Assembly: GCA_038042445.1 (NCBI GenBank)
Contig: JBBTED010000027.1
Span: forward strand, 32,001 to 96,000
DNA: 64,000 bases
Source: Candidatus Firestoneibacteriota bacterium
GTDB lineage: Bacteria > Oederibacteriota > D2-FULL-39-29 > JBBTED01
Direction: 5' to 3'
This document shows, piece by piece, positions 37,694 to 47,035 of this stretch. Position 1 is the first letter of the stretch. Every line of letters begins with the position of its first letter. The translations under genes were made by a program, and so were the position numbers. The notes beneath the pieces were generated by a model that was not told the origin of the DNA, searched no databases, and was given only the letters and a program-made list of their open reading frames with translations.

Positions 37694-38596
37694 TTATTTA
37701 GAAATTTTGCGATACTTAAAAGGTGAAACACCTACCAATTTCTTGAATATAAAATTAAAGTATGAAAGATTTTCATATCCTACTTCATAGCATACATCTA
37801 TTATTCTTATACTTTCTTTTTGTAAAAGTTCTTTTGCGAGTATAATTCTTTTATGGTTAATATATTCCCTTATACTAAATCCTGTTACATCTTTAAAAAT
37901 GCGGCTAAAATAATAAGGGCTGAATATTGCCTGTTTTGCCAGATAATTCAAGGTTAATTTTTTTGTTATATTATTATTTATATATTCCACTATTTCTTTT
38001 ACAACTCTTTCTGCTTCAGAACTAACATACTCTTCTTTTTTATCAGAACTTTTATTTGTTTGAAGATGGAAGGATTTTTTTATAATATTTAATAGTTCTA
38101 ATAAATGTAATTTTATTGAAATTTGTGAACTTTCTTTTATAGATGTAATCGTATAATGACAATTTTCCGGATTTACCTCTGCCGGAACATTGTATTCAGT
38201 CAACATTTTTTTTAGCAGTAATTCAGCATCTATCCTGGAATTATCTGTTAATTTTATCTTATGATTAAAATTTTTATATCTTTTAAAGAATAAACCTACT
38301 GGATCAAATTTTTTATCAATATTTACATTTTCTATAAGTTCTTTATTAAAGTGTAAATTTATTATAGCAAAAGGAAGTTTTTTAGTTATTCTTGACCTAT
38401 GTATTTCCTTATTATTTATTACAAGAATATCGCCTTTCTCTAAATTTACAACTCTATCAACTACAAAATATGAACCTTTGCCTTCAAGAACATAAACTAT
38501 TTCCAACAAATCATGTATATGTGATGGCATTTTGTAATCTGGAGAGAATTTTATGATTCTAACTTTAAACTTAAAATCTTTAAGTTTATCGTTCAT
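37694..38596 (-). CDS. AraC-family regulator (cupin + HTH)
   Basis: HIHDLLEI, SPYYFSRIFK, VGYENLSYF. Confidence 0.92.
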   Translation of the reverse strand: MNDKLKDFKFKVRIIKFSPDYKMPSHIHDLLEIVYVLEGKGSYFVVDRVVNLEKGDILVINNKEIHRSRITKKLPFAIINLHFNKELIENVNIDKKFDPVGLFFKRYKNFNHKIKLTDNSRIDAELLLKKMLTEYNVPAEVNPENCHYTITSIKESSQISIKLHLLELLNIIKKSFHLQTNKSSDKKEEYVSSEAERVVKEIVEYINNNITKKLTLNYLAKQAIFSPYYFSRIFKDVTGFSIREYINHKRIILAKELLQKESIRIIDVCYEVGYENLSYFNFIFKKLVGVSPFKYRKISK

Positions 38597-38600
38597 GGTT

Positions 38601-39593
38601 TTAAATATATAATCCGTTTACAGGAATAAATCTCTTTAAATATAAACTTGTTTTTTTTAGTTCTTCCAAAAGAATTTTTTCAGTTTTGGTAGAACCGGGT
38701 ATAATTTCAGCAATAAGAAAATGTTTTTTTACAGGCGGCAAATGTTTAGCCAAAATTGATTTATGATAATTTTTATGTGAATATTCAATTGCAGATAATA
38801 TTTTATCTATTTTAATGTGACCTTTTTTATTGTATTTTTCAATAAAAGGCCAGTGGTGACTCGCATCAGCAGTTGTCTGTTGTAAATGAATTATTTCTGA
38901 CACTGCAGCAAATTCTTTTAGCCATTCAATATAAGAAATATTTCTTCCTTTTAGTCCATAGTGTTGACCAGCCTGATGCCCTACATCTACAGTTAAATAT
39001 ACCGGCACACCATTATTATTTCTATTAACTTCAAAAAGAAATTCGCAAGCTTCATCTATTGTCCATGGTATTTCACTTGGAATATACATTTGCTCATTGT
39101 AAATCGCAGACATACCTTTATTTTTAGCAAGGATAGCTAATTGCTTAAATTGCGTATAAATATTTTTAAATGCTTTTCTTTTATGCTTTTGGCTATGCAA
39201 AATTTCTACAGAAAAAGCATCCCAGTGACCTCCTATAGCAGTTGTTCCCAATGCTAATGCAATATCCATTGCTTCAACAATCCACTGCATCATTTGTTTT
39301 TGTACTACAGGATTGCTATGTGATAATCCATGAAACCTGTGAGTAGCAACACCTGTATAATAATCTGTTATTGCAACACCATATTTTTTTGCAAAACAAC
39401 CGATTTGTTTTGCTGTTTCTAACTGGTATTTTTTGTCTCCACTGAAGAATGGATCTAATGCATCTGAACAGAACTCATGGTATTTATAACCACATTCTGC
39501 TGTTAGTTTCATAAAATTCTCAGGATTTTCCCAACGTCTTGTAAGAAAAGCCCCATTTATTCCAAAATTTACTGTAATTTTATTTTTAGTCAT
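38601..39593 (-). CDS. TIM-barrel sugar(-phosphate) epimerase, EryC-like
   Basis: INGAFLTRRW, EQMY..E, DVGH, HLQQT. Confidence 0.65.
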   Translation of the reverse strand: MTKNKITVNFGINGAFLTRRWENPENFMKLTAECGYKYHEFCSDALDPFFSGDKKYQLETAKQIGCFAKKYGVAITDYYTGVATHRFHGLSHSNPVVQKQMMQWIVEAMDIALALGTTAIGGHWDAFSVEILHSQKHKRKAFKNIYTQFKQLAILAKNKGMSAIYNEQMYIPSEIPWTIDEACEFLFEVNRNNNGVPVYLTVDVGHQAGQHYGLKGRNISYIEWLKEFAAVSEIIHLQQTTADASHHWPFIEKYNKKGHIKIDKILSAIEYSHKNYHKSILAKHLPPVKKHFLIAEIIPGSTKTEKILLEELKKTSLYLKRFIPVNGLYI

Positions 39594-39638
39594 ATAATCC
39601 TTGTAAATACTCAGTGAACCCCGTTGGTGAATATTTTA

Positions 39639-39729
39639 GTAGTGGTAGTCGCAAGCTTTAGCTTGCGGTATTGTCTTTCACCATATTTTCCGCAGGCTAA
39701 AGCCTGCGGCTACCATTATAACACAGTCT
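39639..39729. repeat. Partial inverted copy of the 26943-27064 element
   Basis: Shared agactgtgt.ataatggtagccgcagg..cgactaccactac. Confidence 0.65.
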
Positions 39730-39776
39730 GAATAACGCAGTTCAGTGAATTTTTACGACTCCTTTAGTTTAAAAAA

Positions 39777-39950
39777 AACCCCGCATTGTGCCGTGTGAAA
39801 TAACAATTTGAACCTTTTGTATAAGTGGGTGCTCTCTTAGATGTTTCAGGCTTTCCCTTTCGGGACATGCACACCACATCTAAAGCTCAAGCCCCTTACA
39901 AAAAGGTGTTGGCTCAAAATTTGTCAATCCATCACAAACACAGCAGGGTC
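39777..39950 (-). ncRNA. ssrS: 6S RNA
   Basis: About 175-nt rod GACCCTG..GTGTTTGTGA..TTGAGCCAACACC..GAGCACCCAC..GGTTCAA..CACGGCAC..GGGGTT plus U tract, with central bubble. Confidence 0.85.
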
Positions 39951-39956
39951 ATTTAA

Positions 39957-39984
39957 ATTGTATCAGATTTTTTAAAAATTACAA
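39957..39984 (-). promoter_or_regulatory. Sigma70 promoter of 6S RNA
   Basis: TTGTAA-16 nt-TACAAT with TG extension, 6 nt before the RNA 5' end. Confidence 0.6.
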
Positions 39985-39999
39985 TCCCTAAAATTATTT

Positions 40000-41194
40000 T
40001 TATGCTACACTAAATTTTCTGTTTATGATAACACCTTGCTTTTTTAATTGATTTTGCAGTTTTTCTACATTTATATCTGAAAAATTTTCGTTATTAGAAG
40101 ATAATATTGCTGCTGCTGTACCTGCTGCCTCACCTGTTACTGCACAAGTTGGAATCGCTCTTGTAATATCCCATGCTGTCGTCGTAACTGAAATACATCT
40201 TCCTGCAGTTATTAAATTATCTATTTTGGCTCCTATAAGACATCTATACGGAATATAAAATATAGGACCTTCTTTTCGCCAATCTCCTGTCATTCCAATT
40301 GAATCATAAAAGAATTTTTTATTGTCTTTTTCATCAAGTTCAAAAACTCCTTGTAACCTTCGTGTCATCCTGAATTGAGGAATAGAAGGAATAAGAATAG
40401 GATAGATGTTTTTATTATTCTTTTTCAATTCCAGAATTTCTTTAAGAATTAATTTTCTGCCAGCAATATTCATTTCTGTAACATCTTCATAATTATCACC
40501 TGAAAATGTTTTCGTTGTTGCAGGAAGTTTTGTATGTATAAAGTGGATCACCAACTACACGTAATTCAATTTTCCCATTATTATATAAAAAAAACCATCC
40601 ACTTTTCCTATTAGTATTAAGTGAAACTGTTTTTTCACCTGCTTTATAACAAACATCTGCATCACCCGAAGTATCAATAACTGTTTTACATAATACTGCA
40701 TTTCTTCCACTTTTGTTTTCAACAATAAGCGCTTTTATTTTAGTGTTTTTAATTACCACATCACAAAATCGTGTATCATATAGTATTTTGATTTTGTTTT
40801 TCAAAATTTGTTCTTCCATTGTAAGTATAAAAGAAGCAGGGTTGAATTTAACCTCATATCTGTGTTTTTTTATTCTCTTTTTATTCCCATTTTTCTGCCA
40901 GCAATCTGGAATTTTGTCATATCCATCTTTAACTGACAATTTCAATAATTCCTCACCTATTCCTGATATAACCTGATTTCCCATACCATCGCACAAAGGC
41001 AGGTAAAAAACTACAAGACCAAGTGTTGCAAGCCCACCTAATGCATTTTCTTTTTCTATTACACAAACTTTTGCATTATTTCTACTGGCTGCAAGTGCTG
41101 CTGATACACCAGCAATGCCACCGCCTACAACAACAACATCATATTCACCTATAATATTTATTTTTTTTGATACCTCAATTAAAGTTTTTTGCAT
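40000..41194 (-). pseudogene. FAD-dependent oxidoreductase split by a frameshift
   Basis: N-part GGGIAG..DTSGDAD and C-part NLITAGRCIS..GEAAG in different frames; TACA duplication at 40531-40538. Confidence 0.8.
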
Positions 41195-41195
41195 T

Positions 41196-41858
41196 TTAAT
41201 TACCTCTTAATAGTTTCTTTCTGTATTTTTCAAATTCAAAATCAGCGATTTCTTCAACTTCCTTTTGTGTAAGAAATCTTGGCTTGCCTATTAAACTTGC
41301 AAAAATTTGGGTCTTTGCAGCTTCTTCTATAATTAATGTCTTATAATATGCTTCTCTAAGAGTTTTTCCTGCGCATATACAACCATGGTTAGCCAATAAA
41401 ATATTTTCACAATTAGGGATAACTTTTTCAACAATAGCTATTAGCTTTTTACCGCCAGGAGCAATATATTTTAATGTGCAAACATTTTTTACATACGCCA
41501 CAAAATCAGGCCACATTGGTTTTAATTTCACACCTGCTGTAATTAAAGAAGTAACATAAGGTGGATGAGTATGAACAACAGTATTTATGTCAGTATTTTT
41601 TCTATAACAAGCAAGATGTATATTTATTTCTGAAGATGGTCTGGAATCTCCTTCTATAACTTTTCCGTCTCTTATCCTGACTCCTATATAATCATCAGGT
41701 TCAAGCTCATCAAATGAAAAACCACTTGACTTGATATAAATTATATCATTACATTTAGCGCTTATGTTCCCGCCAGGGCCAATAACCAATCCTTTTTCCT
41801 GAATTAAATTACCATATTTCACAAGTTCTTTTTTTATTTTTTTAGATATAATATTCAT
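41196..41858 (-). CDS. Class II aldolase/adducin family (FucA-like)
   Basis: GGNIS, PSSE..IH, VHTHP, LANHG. Confidence 0.9.
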   Translation of the reverse strand: MNIISKKIKKELVKYGNLIQEKGLVIGPGGNISAKCNDIIYIKSSGFSFDELEPDDYIGVRIRDGKVIEGDSRPSSEINIHLACYRKNTDINTVVHTHPPYVTSLITAGVKLKPMWPDFVAYVKNVCTLKYIAPGGKKLIAIVEKVIPNCENILLANHGCICAGKTLREAYYKTLIIEEAAKTQIFASLIGKPRFLTQKEVEEIADFEFEKYRKKLLRGN

Positions 41859-42634
41859 CTCATCTCCTGACCACCTGTAACATTTATTGCCTGTCCACTC
41901 ATATAATTAGATTCATCAGAAGCTAAAAACACTAAAAGGTTAGCAACATCATCTACTGTGCATTCCCTTTGCAAAGGAACTTTTTCTATATATTTTTTAC
42001 GAACTTCTGCAGGTGGAATGTTTAGTTTTTTTGAATACTCTTTGTCTAACTGATCCCACAATGGAGTTGAAAATACATTTCCCGGGCAAATTGCATTTAC
42101 ATTTATTCCATACGGTGCTAAATCAAGTGCAACACTTTGAGTTAAACCTATTACTCCAAATTTTGCAGAACAATATGCAGAAAGCCAAAGCCCTCCTTTT
42201 TTACCTGATTTAGAACTTATGTTTATTATTTTTCCATATTTTTGCTCTACCATTACCTTAGCAACTGCTTTTGTGCATAAAAAAGTTCCCTTTAAATCCA
42301 CATTTATTATGGCATCCCATACTTCTTCAGGCATATCAGTAATTGCAAATGCTTTTATTATTCCTGCGTTATTCACAAGAATATCTATACGTTTGAATTT
42401 ATCTACAGCTTTTTTAACCATTTCATCTACATCTTTAGAATTAGTTACATCAATTTTTACAGGAATACTTTTTCTGCCGGTATTTATAATTTCTTCAGAC
42501 ACAGATTTTGCATTATCAAAATTTATATCTGCAACTACAACATTACAACCTTCTTTTGCCAATCTTATTGCTAATCCTTTTCCTATTCCCTGACCAGCAC
42601 CTGTAATTATAACTACTTTATCTTTCAATCTCAT
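41855..42634 (-). CDS. SDR dehydrogenase, sorbitol-6-phosphate dehydrogenase-like
   Basis: TGAGQGIG, SSKSGK, YCSAK, GQAINVTGGQ. Confidence 0.85.
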   Translation of the reverse strand: MRLKDKVVIITGAGQGIGKGLAIRLAKEGCNVVVADINFDNAKSVSEEIINTGRKSIPVKIDVTNSKDVDEMVKKAVDKFKRIDILVNNAGIIKAFAITDMPEEVWDAIINVDLKGTFLCTKAVAKVMVEQKYGKIINISSKSGKKGGLWLSAYCSAKFGVIGLTQSVALDLAPYGINVNAICPGNVFSTPLWDQLDKEYSKKLNIPPAEVRKKYIEKVPLQRECTVDDVANLLVFLASDESNYMSGQAINVTGGQEMR

Positions 42635-42764
42635 TTCACACCTCATCATTTTATACTTTGTAATATCTTCATCATTAAGTATAAATGTTTTTTACACTTT
42701 TGCAAGAAAATTTTTAATTTATTAGTAATGGGGTCAGTCTTTGGTTTTTTTTTCGTTATATCGC

Positions 42765-42817
42765 GTAGGGGCGGATTTATCCGCCCAATAATTAAGGGCT
42801 GGCAAGCCAGCCCCTAC
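42765..42817. repeat. GTAGGGGC REP doublet
   Basis: gtaggggcggatttatccgccc..gggctggcaagccagcccctac; relatives at 37620-37641 and 48262-48312. Confidence 0.8.
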
Positions 42818-42913
42818 AAAGATAAAAGATTATTCCGTATTTCACTAACCCATTACATAAACATATAAAATAGTCTTGGCAAATTTATATAGCTATGTAA
42901 TAATGTCAGAGTT

Positions 42914-43636
42914 ATGTTAAATAATATAAATACCTTTATTCAAAAAATTAGAGCTGAACTTAAAATCAATGCTGATGAAAAAACTAAACAAAGTTTTCAG
43001 CGTTTTTTTAAAGAACAAATTAAGTGTTATGGCGTAAAAACCGAAATAGTACGCAAAATCGCTAAAAAATACTGGCAAGAAGTTAAGAAATTGAACAAAA
43101 AAGAGGTTTTCTCCTTTTGTGAAAAACTTTATGCTTCAGATTATTGCGAAGAAGCTTTTATTGTTTCTTATTGGATTCCAAATTTGACCAGTCAATTTGA
43201 ACCAAAAGATGTAATGATATTTGAGAGGTGGATTAAAAAATATATCAATAATTGGGCAAAATGTGATAGTTTTTGCAACCATTCTGTCGGAAATTTTATT
43301 GAAAAATATCCACAATACATCAAAGAATTAAAAAACTGGAGTAAATCAGATAATATCTGGTTGAAAAGAGCATCTGCTGTATCTCTTATTATTCCAGCTA
43401 AAAAAGGTAAATTCCTGTCGGATATTTTAGAAATAACCAATCAGTTATTATTGGACAAAGATGATATGGTTCAAAAAGGATATGGATGGTTATTGAAAGA
43501 AGCAAGCAGACATCATCAACAAGAGATATTTAAGTATGTTGTAAAAAACAAAAAGAAAATGCCACGCACCTCTTTAAGATATGCTATTGAGCTAATGCCA
43601 AAAACACTTAAATCCAAAGCGATGAAACATGATTAA
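42914..43636 (+). CDS. DNA alkylation repair protein (AlkD-like)
   Basis: NNWAKCD, W.KRAS, DMVQKGYGWLLKE, MPRTSLRYAIE. Confidence 0.88.
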   Translation: MLNNINTFIQKIRAELKINADEKTKQSFQRFFKEQIKCYGVKTEIVRKIAKKYWQEVKKLNKKEVFSFCEKLYASDYCEEAFIVSYWIPNLTSQFEPKDVMIFERWIKKYINNWAKCDSFCNHSVGNFIEKYPQYIKELKNWSKSDNIWLKRASAVSLIIPAKKGKFLSDILEITNQLLLDKDDMVQKGYGWLLKEASRHHQQEIFKYVVKNKKKMPRTSLRYAIELMPKTLKSKAMKHD

Positions 43637-43648
43637 AAAGATTTTTAT

Positions 43649-43900
43649 TTAATTACATCCACAGCCTTTTTCTGCATCATCATTAAATGCTTCAACACTT
43701 TTAATTACTGTTGAAATAACCTTGTCCATTTTACCCATTGCACCTTTTCTTACCATCTTTCCTACTTCTATTGCTTCCTCAATTTCCTGTTCATTAGCTC
43801 CATTTTCTTTTGCCTTACTGACATGATAGTTTAAACAAGGCTGACAATTTGCAGTAACCGATGCACCAATTGCTATCAATTCTTTAGCTTTATCGTCCAT
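43649..43900 (-). CDS. Carboxymuconolactone decarboxylase/AhpD-like protein
   Basis: ELIAIGAS..ANCQPCL.YH; C-terminal CGC. Confidence 0.85.
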   Translation of the reverse strand: MDDKAKELIAIGASVTANCQPCLNYHVSKAKENGANEQEIEEAIEVGKMVRKGAMGKMDKVISTVIKSVEAFNDDAEKGCGCN

Positions 43901-43920
43901 AACACCTCTCCTTTTAATTT

Positions 43921-44610
43921 TTACGATCTTGAGAATTCTGCTTTAGAAAATATATGAATATTGGAATTAGCCAACAAATTCGTAGTTGTAATTATTGCTG
44001 CTATAATATATTTTTTTACAGCTAATTCCTCTTCTTTAACACCAAAACCAGGCATTGATGGTCCGCATATATAAAAATTTGCACCTAAATCTTCCAGAAT
44101 TGCTATAGTCTCTTCAGGGACAGGCCATCCTATTTGATTTTTCAGTATTTTTTTTACGAGTCCAGTAAAAAGAATACCACTAAATCCTGAAAGTTTTGAG
44201 TGATAATCTTTTTTTAACAGCCGCACACCTGCTCCTTCAAATACAATATTTACTTCCATTCCCAATACAGCTGCAGCTAATGCCTTACAAAAAGGTAAAA
44301 GCACTTGTTCTAACCGAGCTGTAGAAATAATAACTGTCATTTTGTTATTGTTTTTCTTTTGTTCACCCTTCTTAATAAACAAACTTTGTTTGTTTTCTTC
44401 CTTTTTTTCTGAACCAAGGAAAATATGGCCTGTTAAATCACAAAATGTTTTAATGTCTGCAAGAATTCCTTTGTTATCTTTAATAATCACCTCTAAAGTC
44501 TCCCCTATTTTAAGATAATCCATTTCTTTAACAATTCTATATGCAACCATATCTGGCTTTAATGTTTTAGAGGTATCAATAATAGTTTTCTTTATTTTAT
44601 CTTCAGCCAT
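43921..44610 (-). CDS. TusA-like + DsrE-like fusion
   Basis: N-terminal SirA/TusA fold (GETLEV..D....DIKTFC..TGH), C-terminal DsrE fold (FEGAGVRL, YICGPS). Confidence 0.7.
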   Translation of the reverse strand: MAEDKIKKTIIDTSKTLKPDMVAYRIVKEMDYLKIGETLEVIIKDNKGILADIKTFCDLTGHIFLGSEKKEENKQSLFIKKGEQKKNNNKMTVIISTARLEQVLLPFCKALAAAVLGMEVNIVFEGAGVRLLKKDYHSKLSGFSGILFTGLVKKILKNQIGWPVPEETIAILEDLGANFYICGPSMPGFGVKEEELAVKKYIIAAIITTTNLLANSNIHIFSKAEFSRS

Positions 44611-44648
44611 TATACTCACCTCCTTATTTAATTCTTGAAGTTAAATTT

Positions 44649-44951
44649 TTATCCGCAACAACTAGTATTTTGTAAAGTTTTAGTTTTATCTGAACCACAA
44701 CCGCAAGCTGCTTCTTGTCCTGTTAGTGCTGATATCATCATAGCAGCAGCACATCCTACACCTACTTCTACAGATATAGCTTGTGCCTGACAATTTTTCT
44801 GACAGGCTCCACATTCCATACAATCTAAAAGATGAATAATCTCAGCTTTTTTATTTCTGATTTGAAAAACATTGTGCGGACAAACTTCTATGCATCTGCC
44901 ACAACCTGTGCATTTGCTTTGTTCAAGTTCTAAAGTAGTTATAGTTTTCAT
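44649..44951 (-). CDS. hgcB: Mercury methylation ferredoxin HgcB
   Basis: CTGCGRCIEVC, CMECGACQKNC, GVGCA, C-terminal CC; directly downstream of hgcA. Confidence 0.95.
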   Translation of the reverse strand: MKTITTLELEQSKCTGCGRCIEVCPHNVFQIRNKKAEIIHLLDCMECGACQKNCQAQAISVEVGVGCAAAMMISALTGQEAACGCGSDKTKTLQNTSCCG

Positions 44952-44964
44952 ATTATCACCCCTT

Positions 44965-46023
44965 TTATATAAACTTCCAAACAAATTGGATTATCCAAAT
45001 ACTCAGTGCTGTAACTATTCCAACTGCTATCCAGGGAATTACTGTTTTGATTTCCTGACGCACACCATTAACAGAAGTATAAGTAGTGGCACCTGTAAAA
45101 TTAAGTGCAATAAACGCTGAAGCTGAAACATTAGCAGCTAAAAAAGGTATGAACTGCCAGATGGACATAGGCAAAATTAAACTAATTACTAATGCTTGCA
45201 AAAATCCCCAAAAGGCACCTTTTGTAGTCAACCATTTCCCAGGCAAAATATTATGCAAAACTGGAATTGCAATACCTGTAATCATAATACCAGCTATACT
45301 TAAAGCTATAGTAGGGCCAGTAACAAACCATAATATAATAGTAGCCAGTAAAACAGGTAGAAAAACAAATCGTAATTCCATAGGAATCAAAATAACTCTC
45401 TCTGCTAAATTAAATGTAACCAAACGCATAGATGAAGTAACCCTGCCAGTATCCAAAAAAGCAGGCAAATCTTTGGCACGTACTGGTCCATAAACTACAC
45501 GGAATCCTGTTTGTTTTTCAACTTCATGCGATGCAACTCCAGGTGCACCTAATTGTTGAACAATTAACCTGTGATGCTTGACTTTTTTTTCTAATTCTGA
45601 TGTTTGAACACGTCTTACGATTTCTTCAGTTCCAAAAGTACCCTTACCAGCCGCACACCAGACATTAATGCCTTTAGTATCCAGAACTAAAATCCATGCA
45701 TTGTCCCCTTCTAAATTTTTTCTTAAAACATCAAAACTCATACGATAATTAGCAGATACTAATACAGGTGAATTTTCATCTGGAGTACCCAATGCCCAAA
45801 GTCCAGGTGTAACAATAGCATTCATACGCCCTATTCCCCATCTGTATTTCCATTGATTCAAAGTATCATAAAAATCAAAATGACTATCTGTTTTGTATAT
45901 TCTTGTCTGTGACCAAATCTTTGTCTTTTCAGACTGATCTGTACTATCCGGATATTCAATACCATTTATATCTATCCCAGTTACATTACTTAATATATTA
46001 GTTACAGCAGTTTTTCTATTCAT
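44965..46023 (-). CDS. hgcA: Mercury methylation corrinoid protein HgcA
   Basis: Cap helix GINVWCAAGKGTFG, LGAPGV, YGPVRA, C-terminal TMs with NFTGATTYTS; start ATG 46023 after GAAGGTGA. Confidence 0.97.
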   Translation of the reverse strand: MNRKTAVTNILSNVTGIDINGIEYPDSTDQSEKTKIWSQTRIYKTDSHFDFYDTLNQWKYRWGIGRMNAIVTPGLWALGTPDENSPVLVSANYRMSFDVLRKNLEGDNAWILVLDTKGINVWCAAGKGTFGTEEIVRRVQTSELEKKVKHHRLIVQQLGAPGVASHEVEKQTGFRVVYGPVRAKDLPAFLDTGRVTSSMRLVTFNLAERVILIPMELRFVFLPVLLATIILWFVTGPTIALSIAGIMITGIAIPVLHNILPGKWLTTKGAFWGFLQALVISLILPMSIWQFIPFLAANVSASAFIALNFTGATTYTSVNGVRQEIKTVIPWIAVGIVTALSIWIIQFVWKFI

Positions 46024-46052
46024 TTTTAGATCACCTTCTTTATTTATTGTTA

Positions 46053-46352
46053 TTACTGTTTTTTTGTTTCCTCGGATCCAGAACATTGACAACCACTTAA
46101 TTTTTTTCGCGCCATTTGCCGAAATATTAAAAACAACCCTAAAAAAAACCATAGTATTCCAACTGCTACAAAAATTTTGCTATGTTTGTGCAAAAACGCT
46201 ACTGTCCCTGCTCCTAACAAAAATGCAAATGGGCCTGCAAGTATTGCACCACCGCAAACAGGAGCACAAACAACACAAGTAGCTCCTAACAACCCTGCTA
46301 CAGATGAAATTGCTCCACCTACCATATTAACTATACCCGCTTTTTTACTCAT
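46053..46352 (-). CDS. Small Cys-rich membrane protein, MerT/MerC-like
   Basis: About 3 TMs, CVVCAPVC near TM1, C-terminal CQC; ATGA-coupled to hgcC. Confidence 0.6.
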   Translation of the reverse strand: MSKKAGIVNMVGGAISSVAGLLGATCVVCAPVCGGAILAGPFAFLLGAGTVAFLHKHSKIFVAVGILWFFLGLFLIFRQMARKKLSGCQCSGSEETKKQ

Positions 46353-46654
46353 TTTTCTTTACCTCCTTTATTTATTTCTTCCATCACAGGTCCAAGTATG
46401 TTTTTTACCATACCTGCAAGTTCTTCAACTTTTATCAAACAAATACAACACGTTTTTTTATTATCCCCCATGCTTGCCACTGCTAATTTATCACCAGATT
46501 TGATATTCGCTTTGTCTCTAACTTCTTTTGGCAACACCATTTGCCCACGTTCATCCACACTCACCAATGCCTCAACTTTGCAACAACTCATATTGTTTAT
46601 ACCGTTTGCATCACAACATGTTTCTTTTTTATTTCTTTTAGCCATTTTACTCAC
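46349..46654 (-). CDS. hgcC: AbrB-fold HgcAB-associated protein
   Basis: CCKVEALVSVDERGQMVLPKEVR..IKSGDKL, several CC pairs. Confidence 0.8.
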   Translation of the reverse strand: MSKMAKRNKKETCCDANGINNMSCCKVEALVSVDERGQMVLPKEVRDKANIKSGDKLAVASMGDNKKTCCICLIKVEELAGMVKNILGPVMEEINKGGKEK

Positions 46655-46684
46655 CCCCTTTTTAGATTATTCAGTCAATTCTTA

Positions 46685-46730
46685 AAAATCAGTATATGCT
46701 GATTTTACTAAATTTCTGAATTTATGTCAA
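46685..46730 (-). promoter_or_regulatory. hgc operon promoter with overlapping palindromic operator
   Basis: TTGACA-17 nt-TAAAAT (46730-46702); AAAATCAG-N6-CTGATTTT (46685-46706). Confidence 0.78.
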
Positions 46731-46835
46731 TAATAATTTGCAGAGAAGTTTTCCCATTTTTATAAAAATAGTACAAACATTTGCAAACAATTCAATGCAC
46801 CTAAGATGTCATTTTCACAAAACAATAATAATAAT

Positions 46836-46896
46836 GTAGAAGGGGCTTTAGCCCCGGTATTTTCTTCTTTATACGTTCGCCTAGGCGAACTTCTAC
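46836..46896. repeat. GTAG REP doublet
   Basis: gtagaaggggctttagcccc..gttcgcctaggcgaacttctac. Confidence 0.7.
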
Positions 46897-47035
46897 ATAA
46901 AAATTTCATTTCCACTTTCTAATTTTATAAAATCCTTTATTCATCTGTGATTTCCTCAATTTATAACAAAATTTTGGGGAAATGCCTCTAATTTGCATTG
47001 ATTTTTTGGATTTTATAATTTATAATCTTGGCTAT

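Noticed and set aside
40000..41194. Programmed ribosomal frameshift
   Set aside because: No clear slippery heptamer with structure; a 4-bp duplication explains the break
44965..46023. CdhD/AcsC corrinoid protein instead of HgcA
   Set aside because: Cap-helix Cys, TM domain and adjacent hgcB are diagnostic of HgcA
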